A stretch of DNA of 64,000 bases from Bispira polyomma (taxonomy: Eukaryota): positions 56,234,001-56,298,000 of the forward strand of contig OZ287749.1 of NCBI GenBank assembly GCA_965649765.1, in the 5' to 3' direction. The notes under the pieces were generated by a model. That model was given only the letters and a program-made list of their open reading frames with translations. It searched no databases and was not told the DNA's origin. Of this stretch, positions 12,001 through 25,400 are shown piece after piece (within the stretch, counting starts at the first letter, position 1; each line of letters begins with the position of its first letter). The position numbers and the translations under genes are program-made.

Positions 12001-14490
12001 TTAAAGCATCATATGGATTTAATTCAGTTTGAATTTGGTTTGCCTTTCAACTAATATTGTTGTAAATATATTTAATTTATGGATGATCCCTCACTTGACA
12101 GTAGTCATTTAACTCAGCCACAGTTTTCAACTAATCTATTCATGTTGCCAAAATTACCTCCATGGCTATACCAATCTTAAAAACAATGCATTAAATGTCA
12201 GTTATTAATACATATCTGATTTTCATCAGATTGTGAAATCATGGGAGTAAATGTGTTTTTTTGTTAAATCATATTTATAAGAAGTTGATTGTTAAATAGA
12301 AAACTATCATATAGGCACAGCTTGGACCAAGAATCTGCCTAATTTTTAATTAGGCCAATATTTCACCAAATAATATTTGCACTGTCTAGTATTTGTGCCA
12401 TATGATACTGTGAGTTATTCAGAAGAACAATGGCTATTTTCTTATCAGAAAGAAGAGTCAGATTGTTCCATGGTGAGGTTGTCAAATAAAATGCAAGCCT
12501 TGGGTTACATTTCTTAAACTTTGCCTTAAACTCAAATACCACCTTGATATCAATTTCTTTATTGATGGGAATAACCTGGGCATAATAGAATTCTAATATT
12601 CTTTTTTACTAGAGCTTTTTGCGAGGAACTCAAATATGTAGTCAGATGTTAGAAGTCTTTATAATACACAAAGATAAAGCAGGGCACATTTATATTTAAA
12701 GATTACTGGGAGTTTAAGTTTAGGACATTTGATAAATAAAGAGCCAAGGTATGACACCAAACCTGAAGGACAACAAATATCTGGTATTTGTATCTGTTAC
12801 CTCTATTTGTACCTGTACTTTTAATTTGCACAATTATATTAACCAGTAAACAAATTCAGAGGGGTAAAAATACATGGTTTCTGTGTGAAAGGCATTTAAG
12901 AATTTTACTTTCTTTTGTTATTTTGTTATGTGAACATATGTGCTCAGTCTAAAATATCCATTGTCATATAGGCTCATGTTTTTGTGGAAGAAAGAGGGTT
13001 TCTCTTAAGCTTCCTTCAGACCATAACTGCCAGAGCAGAGAAAGTCCAACCAAGAACATTCTAAAGCAAAACTTTCAATAGGTTGTGGGTCTATAAATAT
13101 TTACATTCTCATTTAGTAATGCAATGCACTCAGCTACAAACCTAGATCTAGGATACAAGTTTCTACTCACCTAGCTTATTCATTGACAAATACCAACCTT
13201 GATAAAAAGGCTTAAAGGCACCAAGTTAGGAACATGTTTACCATTAAAACCACAGCTAAATAAGGTTGCCTTTGAGAAGATTTACACAACAACAATGGAA
13301 CTACACCTACAGCCCTATAGGCAAACAATCACTGATATTTACTTACTATTTTTAATCAACTTTGGTGTTTGACTTTCTTAGTGGGTATCGTTGACACCAC
13401 TTATCTGTTTCTTTATTTTTTTTAGGCTATTTTACTTTCAATTAATGTCATAATAAAACTCAATTTGAAAGGTGCACTTGTGTGCTAAGTCAAAGGTACA
13501 TATGTGTTACATGTCATGCAATTTAACACAGTTTTTAAGGCATAGTGATCCTATTTATAGAATTAATTTATCATTTTTGGCAGTATCTTAAGGCACAAAT
13601 GTCGATACAAATAACTCATTTGATGTTGCATAGAAGTCAAACTATTTCACACTAACTTTGTCATCCATATCCTTTAAAATTACTCCCAGTGTAAAGAGTT
13701 TAAATGACCCCCATGGTAAAAATTATTCCCCCCCCCCCTCCTGGTACCTTAAAAAACGATTTTAATTACCCCCATACTAACATTCTTCACCTAAAATTGT
13801 AATTCTCATTATAATGAAAAAGTTCAGTGTATTATGTCCAGTCTTATTAAAGCCTGTATCCTTTTGTTGAAGATAGTCTATTTCAGCATTAATGCTAACA
13901 CCAATTGGGTGGAGGGGTAATATGAAATCTGAAGGGGTAATCAATTTTATGTTACCCCAGGCCAATTTTATGTTACCCCTGTGGTGATCTGTATTCATTT
14001 TAAATTACTAGCAGGTAATATAAAAGGGGGGTATTTTGAAATGCTACACCGGAGCGATTTTATTTCTTATTCGGATGGGTGAAAAAAATTATAAATAAAT
14101 TTGGATGTTAATGTATCTCATGTCCGGAGGGCGTATACGTGTGTATGGAAATAGGCCTTTATATTAATATTAGGTAATGACTAAAATGTGTAACGTTACA
14201 CAAAAAAACCTGCCTCTACGTTTACTTTTAAAGTTAGCCAATATTAAATCTTAATTTGCTCATCTTTAATTGAGTTTAGCCTGCAAAGATAAACATACCA
14301 GGCAATATGCGTTCAACGTTAAAGTGTATATTTTGTGCCTTCCAGTAAAACCATTAACTAAGGTGTAAAGTAATTAAGACCCATGAGAAAGTCTGCAGAC
14401 CTTATTTAACCAGATCTAATTATACTTTGCACTTTCATATATACAAAAAAAATATTTTGCAAACGTCACAGATTTATTTGCTCCCCCCCC

Positions 14491-14521
<31 letters not shown>

Positions 14522-16467
14522 GTGTTTGAGTATGTGTTAGCTCAGCACTAGAGTTTCTTCAAAATTAACATGTAGGAAGGTTTATCTTGGTGTTGATGTT
14601 ACAAAAAAAAAACTAGTTAACATGCAAATGATTGCTTTGGGCTACATTTCTTCAAGTTACACTTTTTAATCATTATACATACAATCTGGAAAAATCTTAC
14701 TAATTAACAGCATTTTTCATCCAGAAGAAAGGTCGTTTTCAGGTCATCAAAATATTAATGGGTTTTCCTATATGACGAGGTTTTAGAAACATATTAGTTT
14801 CACAGATATTTTAGCATATATATTCTGTCCCTAATTCTATAACTCTTAAACTTGTTAAGATGTTTGATTTAACAGGCAAAAATAAGCCCTGATTGATGCT
14901 GTTAAACCGTGCCCAAAAATTGGTAAAACCCTGTTTTACATTAAACAATAGTAGCATCTTGAAAATTAGTATATCTTTTAAAGTACTCTACGAAGAACAA
15001 TATATAAGATGATTTCTGTAGCACTTCAAATTTTGACTATGAATAAGAATTTTAACTATTGTTGGACTAAAGGTAGAAACGCACAGGGCCCCATCCGGAT
15101 CAGGATCCATCGAATTATCCGAAAACCTGGCCAAATCATGTGAAATTTCAAGCTACTTTGCAGGTGCTCGGTAGGGATCTAGAAACGGATCTAACAAAAA
15201 TTACAAATAAAATCCATGTAAATTTTATATGAACCGAATTAGCGGATCCAGATCCGTGTATGAATGCTTACACTGTTTCATTTTTGTCAAAGTTATACCA
15301 ATCCGCAATCCAGATCTGATTCGGCCTGTGTTAATGGACCTTTAGTTAACAGGTTGAAATCTTTTTCACAATAAGAGATAACTAGCAAATTACCCAACAG
15401 TAAAAAAATACATTCCAGTGATGTGATAAAAAGTATAAATGGTGAAATTTTATTCCAATCAAAAGTTGATTAATTGGAGAATAATATGGCTTACCATGAC
15501 AAAGAGTACATTCCATATAAAGAAGCCAGGTCTTCTGGAGGCCTTACAGGCAGCAGACAGGGCTGGGTGCTTATGTTTGGCATTCTGGAATACTTTAGTG
15601 GTGACCTGAAAGTAAACAAAGTGACAACAAGCTGAAAAAAAAACCTTTTCGTGACTGAAGAAAATCCAGGGCTAACAGGTTGCAGATAGGATTGGAGTCG
15701 CCAAAGCACACACAGCAGACATTTCATGATGACGCCCGTATACAAATTGCAGGGACAGAAGGAAAGTAAAATGAGCCTGCGTATATCATATTGCTTGTGT
15801 TTGTGATGTTGACCTTTTTGGGGTACTGGTTCATGACATATGCCTTCCGATGTGTTTCCAATAAGTTTCAACAATGTATCTAAACCTATTCAACTGCTAT
15901 AGGTTGTTGGCAGCCAATGGCATTCGTCACTCACAGAATCTATGTCGATTTGCAAGCAGTAAACACCCCCAAAGTATTATTTTATTTTCCTTCATTTACT
16001 CACAATAGGAAATTTGTTGGTCCCGTTTAAAAATGTAAAAGTGAGGCCATTATTGAATGCCGGAAGTAGTCTGTGGTGTGACTTTTAGTGACTTCAGCTA
16101 TCTGTAACCTATTACCTGAATATGATCTTTAGATCCCGACAATAGTTTTATCTTGGAGTTAAAAGGGGTAAAATAAAGTTTCACATGTGGTACCTTAAAG
16201 GCTAAAGTAATAATGACAATTACTTCTGCCCCATCCCTCCACCAAATTTCATTTAAATCTGTTAACTAGTTTTTTTGTAATCTTGGTTAACAAAACAAAC
16301 AACCGACAGTCAGAAACTCATTTGCAGAGGTAATGAAACTACTTCATTCTCAATAATTATCTGCAAATATTCCTTAGAAAGTTGATCAATAAGCATTATA
16401 AACTTATTCAGAAGCTATCGGAATTTTACTCTGATAGATTTCAGTAATAATTCACATGGATGCCCCC

Positions 16468-16498
<31 letters not shown>

Positions 16499-19400
16499 AA
16501 AAAAATAAAATAAATAATAATAAATAAATAAAATAAAATAATTTTTTATGCTTAAAATTTAACTAACAATTATAGTGTGTTTATATTGAGAGTAGAAGTT
16601 TTTCATGTATAGCAAAAAAACTAAATTATGAAAAAAAAACGTAATGACAAAAAAGGGAAGACCCGATGAACTTAATTGTTTCTCTTTCCCTGAAATTTTA
16701 TTAATACCATAAATTGTCACATAGCCCAAAAACTTAAAATTCAAAGTAAGGTTATAAATAGTAACTCTAGCTAAATGATAATTGTGAAAGTAAAATTTAA
16801 ATAGCCATCATCTATGCACAGATGTAAATTTTAGTTGATGGTCACTTATCTATTTGTATTTGCTATACAAAATTTTACAGATATAAAGTTAAGCTAAATA
16901 TTTCACCCTGGTTTTGATATTGCTGCTAGTTGCGGTATAAACGTCATCCATTTGTCACTAATTTCATATTTGTGTTGAGGGCTACATAGATGTCTCAGAG
17001 GAAATAAGCAATTGATTTACTTATTCATTCAAAAAGTGATTAAACAGACATCGTGGTTGATTTAATGTATTATACTTATACTCAATAACCTGGAGCCTCT
17101 AATCATAGTCAGAGTTAAGCCGCTGTCACACTATCAAGACCTATTGGGAGGAGGCTCCCGATAATGCGGTCGGGAGCCATAGTTAGCATTTTGCTTCACG
17201 ACTATAATTGTAATGGTTCCCAATTGTTACGATAGGTTGGGAACAGCTTACGATTAACAATTATCTTTACAGTTGGGGCTTTCTAACAACTTATCAGCCG
17301 CTTCTCCCGAGTTATCTTTACCATCAAGAACTTGGTAACGACTTATCTTTACAGTCAGAGATTCTTTGTGATTTATCGGGAGGGTTTGGATGATTAATAC
17401 TTTTCAAAATGGCAAATTTTTTCTCGCGATTTAGATGACAATTTGAAAGATAGGTCATTATAAGGTTAAGATAACTCATTAGTAGCTTATGCTTAACCCC
17501 GATCGACCTCAACCTATGTGACACATATCATCCAATTGCAGAGGTTTTCTAACGTGTTAGTTATTTTGCACGAGTGACCAAGAGTGTCCCAATTGACCCC
17601 GATAAGTCTGGACAACTCCCCGAGTGAGACCCAATTGTTCTCCCAATTGGCTCACGATTGTTCCAATCAGGATGGTCGAGAGTTAAGTATGTGTGACAGC
17701 CACTTTAGATATTTGAATGTGTTGACATTTATGTTAAAGCAGTCATTGATTGGTGACACCACATTTTATCAATTAAGATAAAGACTTGCTGCTTGCAGCA
17801 AACTTGAGCTTTGCAAAACACAAGAAAGATGAAAATGTTTACTTTATTAATCAATGTTGTTGGTAAGCATTGGCTTTCCTGAATAAGTGGTGCATGTAGC
17901 AGTGAATCTGTTAACATATATGTAACCTGAAACTTGAAATAACACATTAATTATGTTATTAATTAAATCAAATTTTTAGATAACCTTATGTCTCAGGTAC
18001 TAGTATTATGTATTGAACCATGTCTTTACAGGGGTTTAAGTTGAAATTTATTTTTTGTTTAAGTGAAAAAAATTCATATGCACCCATGTATTCCACAAAC
18101 ATTAGTTGTACTCGAACATCTCTAATTAAACACAAAATAAACCCAAGTTTATGGATGTCATTTTTTAGGACCGATGCCTATATAATCGTCTGACATATGA
18201 AGAAACAAGACAATAATCACTTTTGTCTTTGGGCTTAGTCATATGGAATCTTAAAACAATATCATAAATATAAAACGTTTAGTCTGGTTGTAAATTATGT
18301 CTTAAACAGACATCCACAAGACCCATACATTATGTTTTAAACAGACACCCACAGGAACAATAATTGAAAGTTATTTTTAGGTCAAAATAAAATAATTCTT
18401 GTTGCGATAATTTTTCAAGATCGAGTAAACAGAAATTTTAATTGATTATTGCAGAAGTCATCTGGTATAAACTATCCCAAAAAAGAGCAACACATTCAGG
18501 GTATTATATTTGATTAAGCCAATGGTATAACTACCTATGGGGGATTAGATTGACTAATGCCTGGGTTACACACCGACGGTAGCAGCCACCTCCACCATTG
18601 ACTATGGCATTTGCCTTATTCATTTTGGGCAAGGTATGGAAATGAAGTGACACATCCATGGAAGAAGTGAATCCCTGATTATGAAATGAAAACTCCCATA
18701 ACTAATCGCTGAGCTCGGGACAGCATCATATTGCCACAAGACCCTAGAAACACTTTGGCTACAATCGAAAATAGACAGATCAAAACCACATGATTTTGTA
18801 AGAATCCCCTTAGATAGCGGCATTGTTGTAAAAGTGGCTCTTTTCACTAATCATTTCATGAAAGTACGAAATCGTACCAATTAAGACAGAACTTTGTGTT
18901 ACATTGGCGTAACGAATATAGAATGATACTTCCAGAAAACATACTACATTTTGGCTTTTTCCCACGGATGTTTTGAATAAATTAAAACATTTGTTGCATA
19001 TGTGGAACCGTGTCTTGAGTTAAACCAGATGATCACAAGTTGCGACGTACATGGCAGGAACTCAGAATTTTTGTCACAATAACAAATAAACTCCATGGAT
19101 AGTATACCGTGAGATCTCAAATAATAACATTCCTTCCTGTTGCTATATACTCACTTGGTACAGCATAGGTATTGATAAGTTTTTTTTTTAACAATGAAGG
19201 AAAATTTTAAAATGTGAAACTCTTCATTAATGATTTAAGACATGTCTGGAAAAAGACATGTCTGGACTCCAAACAACCCTATGGATTGGTCAAACTTACC
19301 ATATTATCTAGAAAGCTTATCTTTTGTCATAAATGCTATTAGTTCGCAGATGTCTTATCTCAAACTTCATGAGTTTAATCTATACATCTATGTAGATGTA

Positions 19401-22400
19401 TTATGCCAAAAACATGTATTTGAGCCTCTTTAGAGTCGTTTCAGAGAATCTTGAAAACCCCCTGAGTTCTACAAATGCCTCTCTCTTGCTAAAACAGAAT
19501 GAAATCCAGCAAAAGATGTATGTCAAGTATATATAAATCCTATATATATCTTTCTGGTATAATACATGTACCATGTGAAGGCCCTCAAAACATTTTCTAC
19601 TTAAAGTAATTTTCTACACCTTTTTCTAGTTTCTTATCTTTAAATAACTTGATTCTGCTTTTAAAAGTAATGGGCTAACTGTAGTGAAATTTAAATAAAC
19701 TATACAATATAAAGTATATGGTTTTCTTGTGGCTACTAGAATGACATCTCAGGCCAACATTATATCTCATTAGCATATCTTTATGGCTGTTAAGTTTGTA
19801 CTTCTAATTTTAGGGGGACTGTGTCTGTTTGGTAAGTGTAGTGTCTATATTACTATGAAGGTGATGTATTCACACCAGACAATACCACAGGGAATAAATA
19901 GAACCAAGGGGACTACCAAACTAAGGCCAAAAATACATCTGTCCGTCATCTGTGTCTGTGATCATTCCCTCTAACACTCTATTAAATAATGTTTTGTTGG
20001 TAGAACACCTTTTCACCTTATTTTTATTCATGTTTAAATAATTGTGAGAATGTATTGTATTTGCCATGCAACAAAAGCCTAAAAAAGAGCTGACAATACT
20101 CTTTGTACAGCCGCATGTAATATTACTTTCATCTCTTAAAAGCCTAAAAACCTAGAAAAAGAGATAAATGGTTCAGGGTCAAGCAAACCCCTGCAGTGAG
20201 ATTGCTGTCAGTCCTATCCTCAATAGACCAGAATGGACCCTTGGTGATAAGGTTTTAATATACATCCTTACTCTGTAAGACCTGGCAACAAAGGAGCTCT
20301 AACAAAAGAAATAGGGCATAGTGGATAAGAAGAATGTCATTACATCAATACAAGCATTACTCCATTTGACAAATGTTTTGTCTGGGCTGTTCGGTGTTTG
20401 CTGTCATGTTACGAGTATAATCCACAATCAACCATATATTGTATAACCTTCTAATGTCATGACATGCTGGGTTAAATCCATGGCATTGCTTTGCCTTAGT
20501 CCAGATAACGGACCAGTGTGTCCAGTTAGATTTACCTTAGTTTATGTCTCCACTGTGCTGTGTAGTTATCACTTATTACATGTATAACCCATAGTTTTAC
20601 ATTAGTCCATGTCTCCACTGTACTGAGTAGTTACCACTTGGTGTATGTATAACCCATAGTTTTACCTGAGTCCATGTCTCCACTGTACTGTATAGTTACC
20701 ACTTATCACATGTATAACCCATAGTTTTACCTTAGTCCATGTCTCCACAGTACTGTATAGTTACCGGTTATTACATGTATAACCCATAGTTTTACCTTAG
20801 TCCATGTCTCCACAGTACTGTGTAGTTACAACTTATTACATGTATAACCCATAGTTTTACCTTAGTCCATGTCTCCACTGTGATGTGTAGTTATCACTTA
20901 TTATATGTATAACCAACAGTTTTACTTTATGTTAAAGCAGTCATTGATTGGTGACACCACATTTTATCAATTAAGATAAAGACTTGCTGCTTGCGGCAAA
21001 CTTGAGCTTTGCAAAACATAGGAAAGATGAAAATGTTTACTTTTTTAATCAATGTTGTTGGTAAGCATTGGCTTTCCTGAATTAGTGGTGCATGTAGCAG
21101 TGGATCTGTTAACATATATGTAACCTGAAACTTGAAATGACACATTAATTAAGTTATTAATTAAATCAAATATTAGATTACCTTATGTCTCAGGTACTAG
21201 TACTATGTATTGAACCTTGTCTTTACAGGGGTTTAAGTTGAAATTTATTTTTGGGTTTAAGTGAAAAAAATCCATATGCATCCATGTATTCCACAAACAT
21301 TAGTTGTACTCGACCATCTCTAATTAAACACAAAATAAACCCAAGTTTATGGATGTCATTTTTTAGGACCGATGCCTATATAATCGTCTGAAATATAAAG
21401 AAACAACACAATAATCACTTTTGTCTTTGGGCTTAGTCATATGGAATCTTAAAACAATATTATAAATATAAAAAGTTTAGTCTGGTTGTAAATTATGTTT
21501 TGAACAGATATATCCACAAGACCCATACATTATATTTAAACAGACACCCAAAGGAACAATAATTGAAAGTTGTTTTTAGGTCAAAATAAAATAATTCTTG
21601 TTGCGATAATTTTTCAAGATCGAGTAAACAGAAATTTTAATTGATTATTGCAGAAGTCATCTGGTATAAATTATCCCTATAAATAGCCACACATTCAGGG
21701 TATTATATTTGATTAAGCCAATGGTATAACTACCTATGGGGGATTAGATTGACTAATGCCTGGGTTACACACCGACGGTAGCAGCCACCTCCACCATTGA
21801 CTATGGCATTTGCCTTATTCATTTTGGGCAAGGTATGGAAATGAAGTGACACATCCATGGAAGAAGTGAATCCCTGATTATGAAATAAAAACTCCCATAA
21901 CTAATCGCTGAGCTCGAGACAGCATCACATTGCCACAAGACCCTAGAAACACTTTGGCTACAATCGAAAATAGACAGATCAAAACCACATGATTTTGTAA
22001 GAATCCCCTTAGGTAGCGGCATTGTTGTAAAAGTGGCTCTTTTTACTAATCATTTCACGAAAGTTCCAAATCGTACCAATTAAGACAGAACTTTGTGTTA
22101 CATTGGCGTAACGAATATAGAATGATACTTCCAGAAAACATACTACATTTTGGCTTTTTCCCACGGATGTTTTGAATAAATTAAAACATTTGTTGCATAT
22201 GTGGAACCGTGTCTGGAGTTAAATCAGATGATTACAAGTTGCAACGTACATGGCAGGAACTCAGAATTTTTGTCACAATAACAAATGGACTCCATGGATA
22301 GCATACTGTGAGGTCTTAAACAATAACATTCCTTCCTGTTGCTATATGGAGTGAGACTACTATTAATTTTGCTATACATTATCTTATAGCCTTTTGGGCT

Positions 22401-25400
22401 ATACTAAAGTCCGACGAAGTGCTGGCCCTACAAATCATATATCAAAATAAACATCAATCTTAGCCTGACATTTCAGTATAAATGAAAACAGGTCTGAACT
22501 GTTAATTTTTTTAGATATCTTGAAAAATAAATCCAAGATGACCGAACATTTCAGAAAGGCCCTTAAACAAATAGCTTCTGAAGATTTATCTTAGTGAATT
22601 GGCTTTCGGAATGCATTTAAAATTGTTAAGTAGTCATTCCCCTTTAATATCTGTGAATATTCACCAAAGTTATAAATGTTTACTACTTTTATGAATTTTA
22701 ATTGCAACCCTATCCATTATTTTCGTTTCTACCTTAAATACTCTGTAACCAGGAAGCCGGAAATAGTAAAATCACTCCATATACTCACTTGGTACAACAC
22801 AGGTATTGATAACTTCTTTTTTTTTTTAAATGTTAAACTCTTCTTTAATGATTTAAGACATGTCTGGAAAAAGACATGTCTGGACTCCAAACAACCCTAT
22901 GGATTGGTCAAACTTACCATATTATCTAGAAAGCTTATCTTTTGTCATAAATGCTATTAGTTCGCAGATGTCTTGTCTCAAACTTTATGAGTTTAATCTA
23001 TACATCTATGTAGATGTATTATGCCAAAAACATGTATTTGAGCCTCTTTAGAGTCGTTTCAGAGAATCTTGAAACCCCCCTGAGTTCTACAAATGCCTCT
23101 CTCTTGCTAAAATAGAATGAAATCCAGTAGAAGATGTATGTCAAGTATATATAAATCCTATATATATCTTTCTGGTATAATACATGTACCATGTGAAGGC
23201 CCTCAAAACATTTTCTACTTAAAGTAATTTTCTACACCTTTTTCTAGTTTCTTATCTTTAAATAACTTGATTCTGCTTTTAAAAGTACTTTCATCTCTTA
23301 AAAGCCTAGAAACCCAAAAAAAGAGATAAATGGGTCAGGGTCAAGCAAACCCCTGCAGTGAGATTGCTGTCAGACCTATCCTCAATAGACCATAATAGAC
23401 CCTTGGTGATAAGGTTTTAATATACATCCTTACTCTGTAAGACCTGGCAACAAAGGAGCTCTAACAAAAGAAATAGGGCATAGTGGATAAGAAAAATGTC
23501 ATTACATCAATTCAAGCATTACTTCATTTGACAAATGTCTTGTCTGGGCTTTTCGGTGTTTGCTGTCATGTTACGAGTATAATCCACAATCAACCATACA
23601 TTGTATAACCTTCTAATGTCATGACATGCTGGGTTAAATTCATGGCATTGCTTTGCCTTAGTCCAGATAATGGACCAGTATGTCCAGTTAGATTTACCTT
23701 AGTTCATGTCTCCACTGTACAGAATAGTTACCACTTATTACATGTTTACCTTAGTCCATGTCTCCACAGTACTGTGTAGTTGCCACTCCTGTTCATCCAC
23801 AAATGACTGCAGGTTCAGACCACAGATTTCTTTGTCGTCTTCTATAAACTCCACCTCGTGTTCTCCATGATCAGAGGACACTGTAACTGTCAGATCCTAC
23901 AAGTAGTTCAAGTTGTAGCACACGTGAATATAATGGCTTGGGTAAGGAAGGTATGAGAGTGTCATTCTCTAATACTTATTACCTCAACACACCAAACAGG
24001 TTATGTTTTTTACCTTTGTCCATTAGTTGGTTTGTGTATTTATCAACAGTAGTGTAAAAAAACGACAACAGTCAAATATGTTTTGTTTTTTTTATTTTTG
24101 GACACTGTGCTGGCTTGACGGGGTAATGTACTATACTGACTTTCCTTCTAATTCATTATTGTGTGTATTTTTGTAGTCAAGAAGATGTTTAGTACTCATT
24201 TGAACAGAATCAACACATAATACATAGTTTTGACAAGCCTGTTGTGTACACAAATAATTTATTCTTGCCCCATTTTTTTAATTTATAGACATAATATATC
24301 CAGCCTGATTCGAAGAAGAAAGTAGTATGTTCAACATGTTTATAGTACGATGATTTATACAGGATATTAGATTTTTAAGACCTGTAGAAATGGTATGAAT
24401 GAGACAAATGAATGTCATATTATAGAAAATATTAAGGACTTACTGTATCTAAGGGATAACAACACTACAAGATTTACAAGGTATGAAATAAATTTTATGC
24501 TAAAATAATCTATGTGAAGATCAATTATGAATAGAATTGTACATTTAAGTTACCACCTCTTTTCTATACATACTTACTGTTGCTGTTATAATTAGTTAAT
24601 CTGTTTTATTGTCTGTTTGTCATTTATGTAGTTACGATGTACTGTGAGTACGAAAATAAACTATTATTATTATTATTATTAAACCTGATTTTCAGTTAAT
24701 TTGAATACTTGAACACTTTGTCGACAAGAGATGAGAAACAAGTAAGATATTATACAACATGACATCATTAACTGATACATAGTTAATTGTTGTTTTGGCA
24801 TAATGCAACATCATATATATGTTCAAATTTACAGGCCCAAGATAAAGAGCTTAACAAAATACTCAGTTTAAATTAGTAAGTATGCACAACAGGAAACTGA
24901 GTAAAAAAATATGAACACTCTTGGAACAAAAGTAAAAGAAGTCAGACCTAATTTGAAGTAAATAGACATACTATCCAATATATCTACATTCAATTTGAAG
25001 TAATACCACACTTCAGAATATTTTAGCCTACAAGCCGCCTCTTACTTTCAAACAGAGGATAATAAGTTCACCCAGTTGACAAAGTCAAATTACCCTAGCC
25101 GCTTTGAACGATGAACAGTTAAACGTTAAACAAATACACATTTAATTCTACTAAAGACCACCCGCAAGAGAGGCTGCAGCTGGGGGTAAAATATTTTTAG
25201 AAAAAGAATTCACATTTATTTTCTATACAGTAGTCTGTTGGTAAATGGATGTTGTCAAGATCTGTAGGGCATGATGCAGATTTGCTGAAAAACATCAACT
25301 CACAAAGTTGAAACTTAGAGAGAAATTATAGTTTATGGCATAAATAAGTACATGTATGTTAAGAGAAGCATCTCAATGTGATGACATTGTAATAATGGTT

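Noticed and set aside
15491-15874. 127 aa ORF, the longest in the track
   Set aside because: It overlaps exon 5 in the wrong frame; the rest is intronic. The same applies to ORF 10325..10669.
20531-20926. CRISPR-like regular repeat array
   Set aside because: Units are contiguous with no unique spacers, derive from a host exon, and the context is eukaryotic with no cas genes.
17729-23051. Three pairs of duplicated small ORFs suggesting a peptide gene family
   Set aside because: By-products of the 3.2 kb duplication; no splice signals or recognisable domains.
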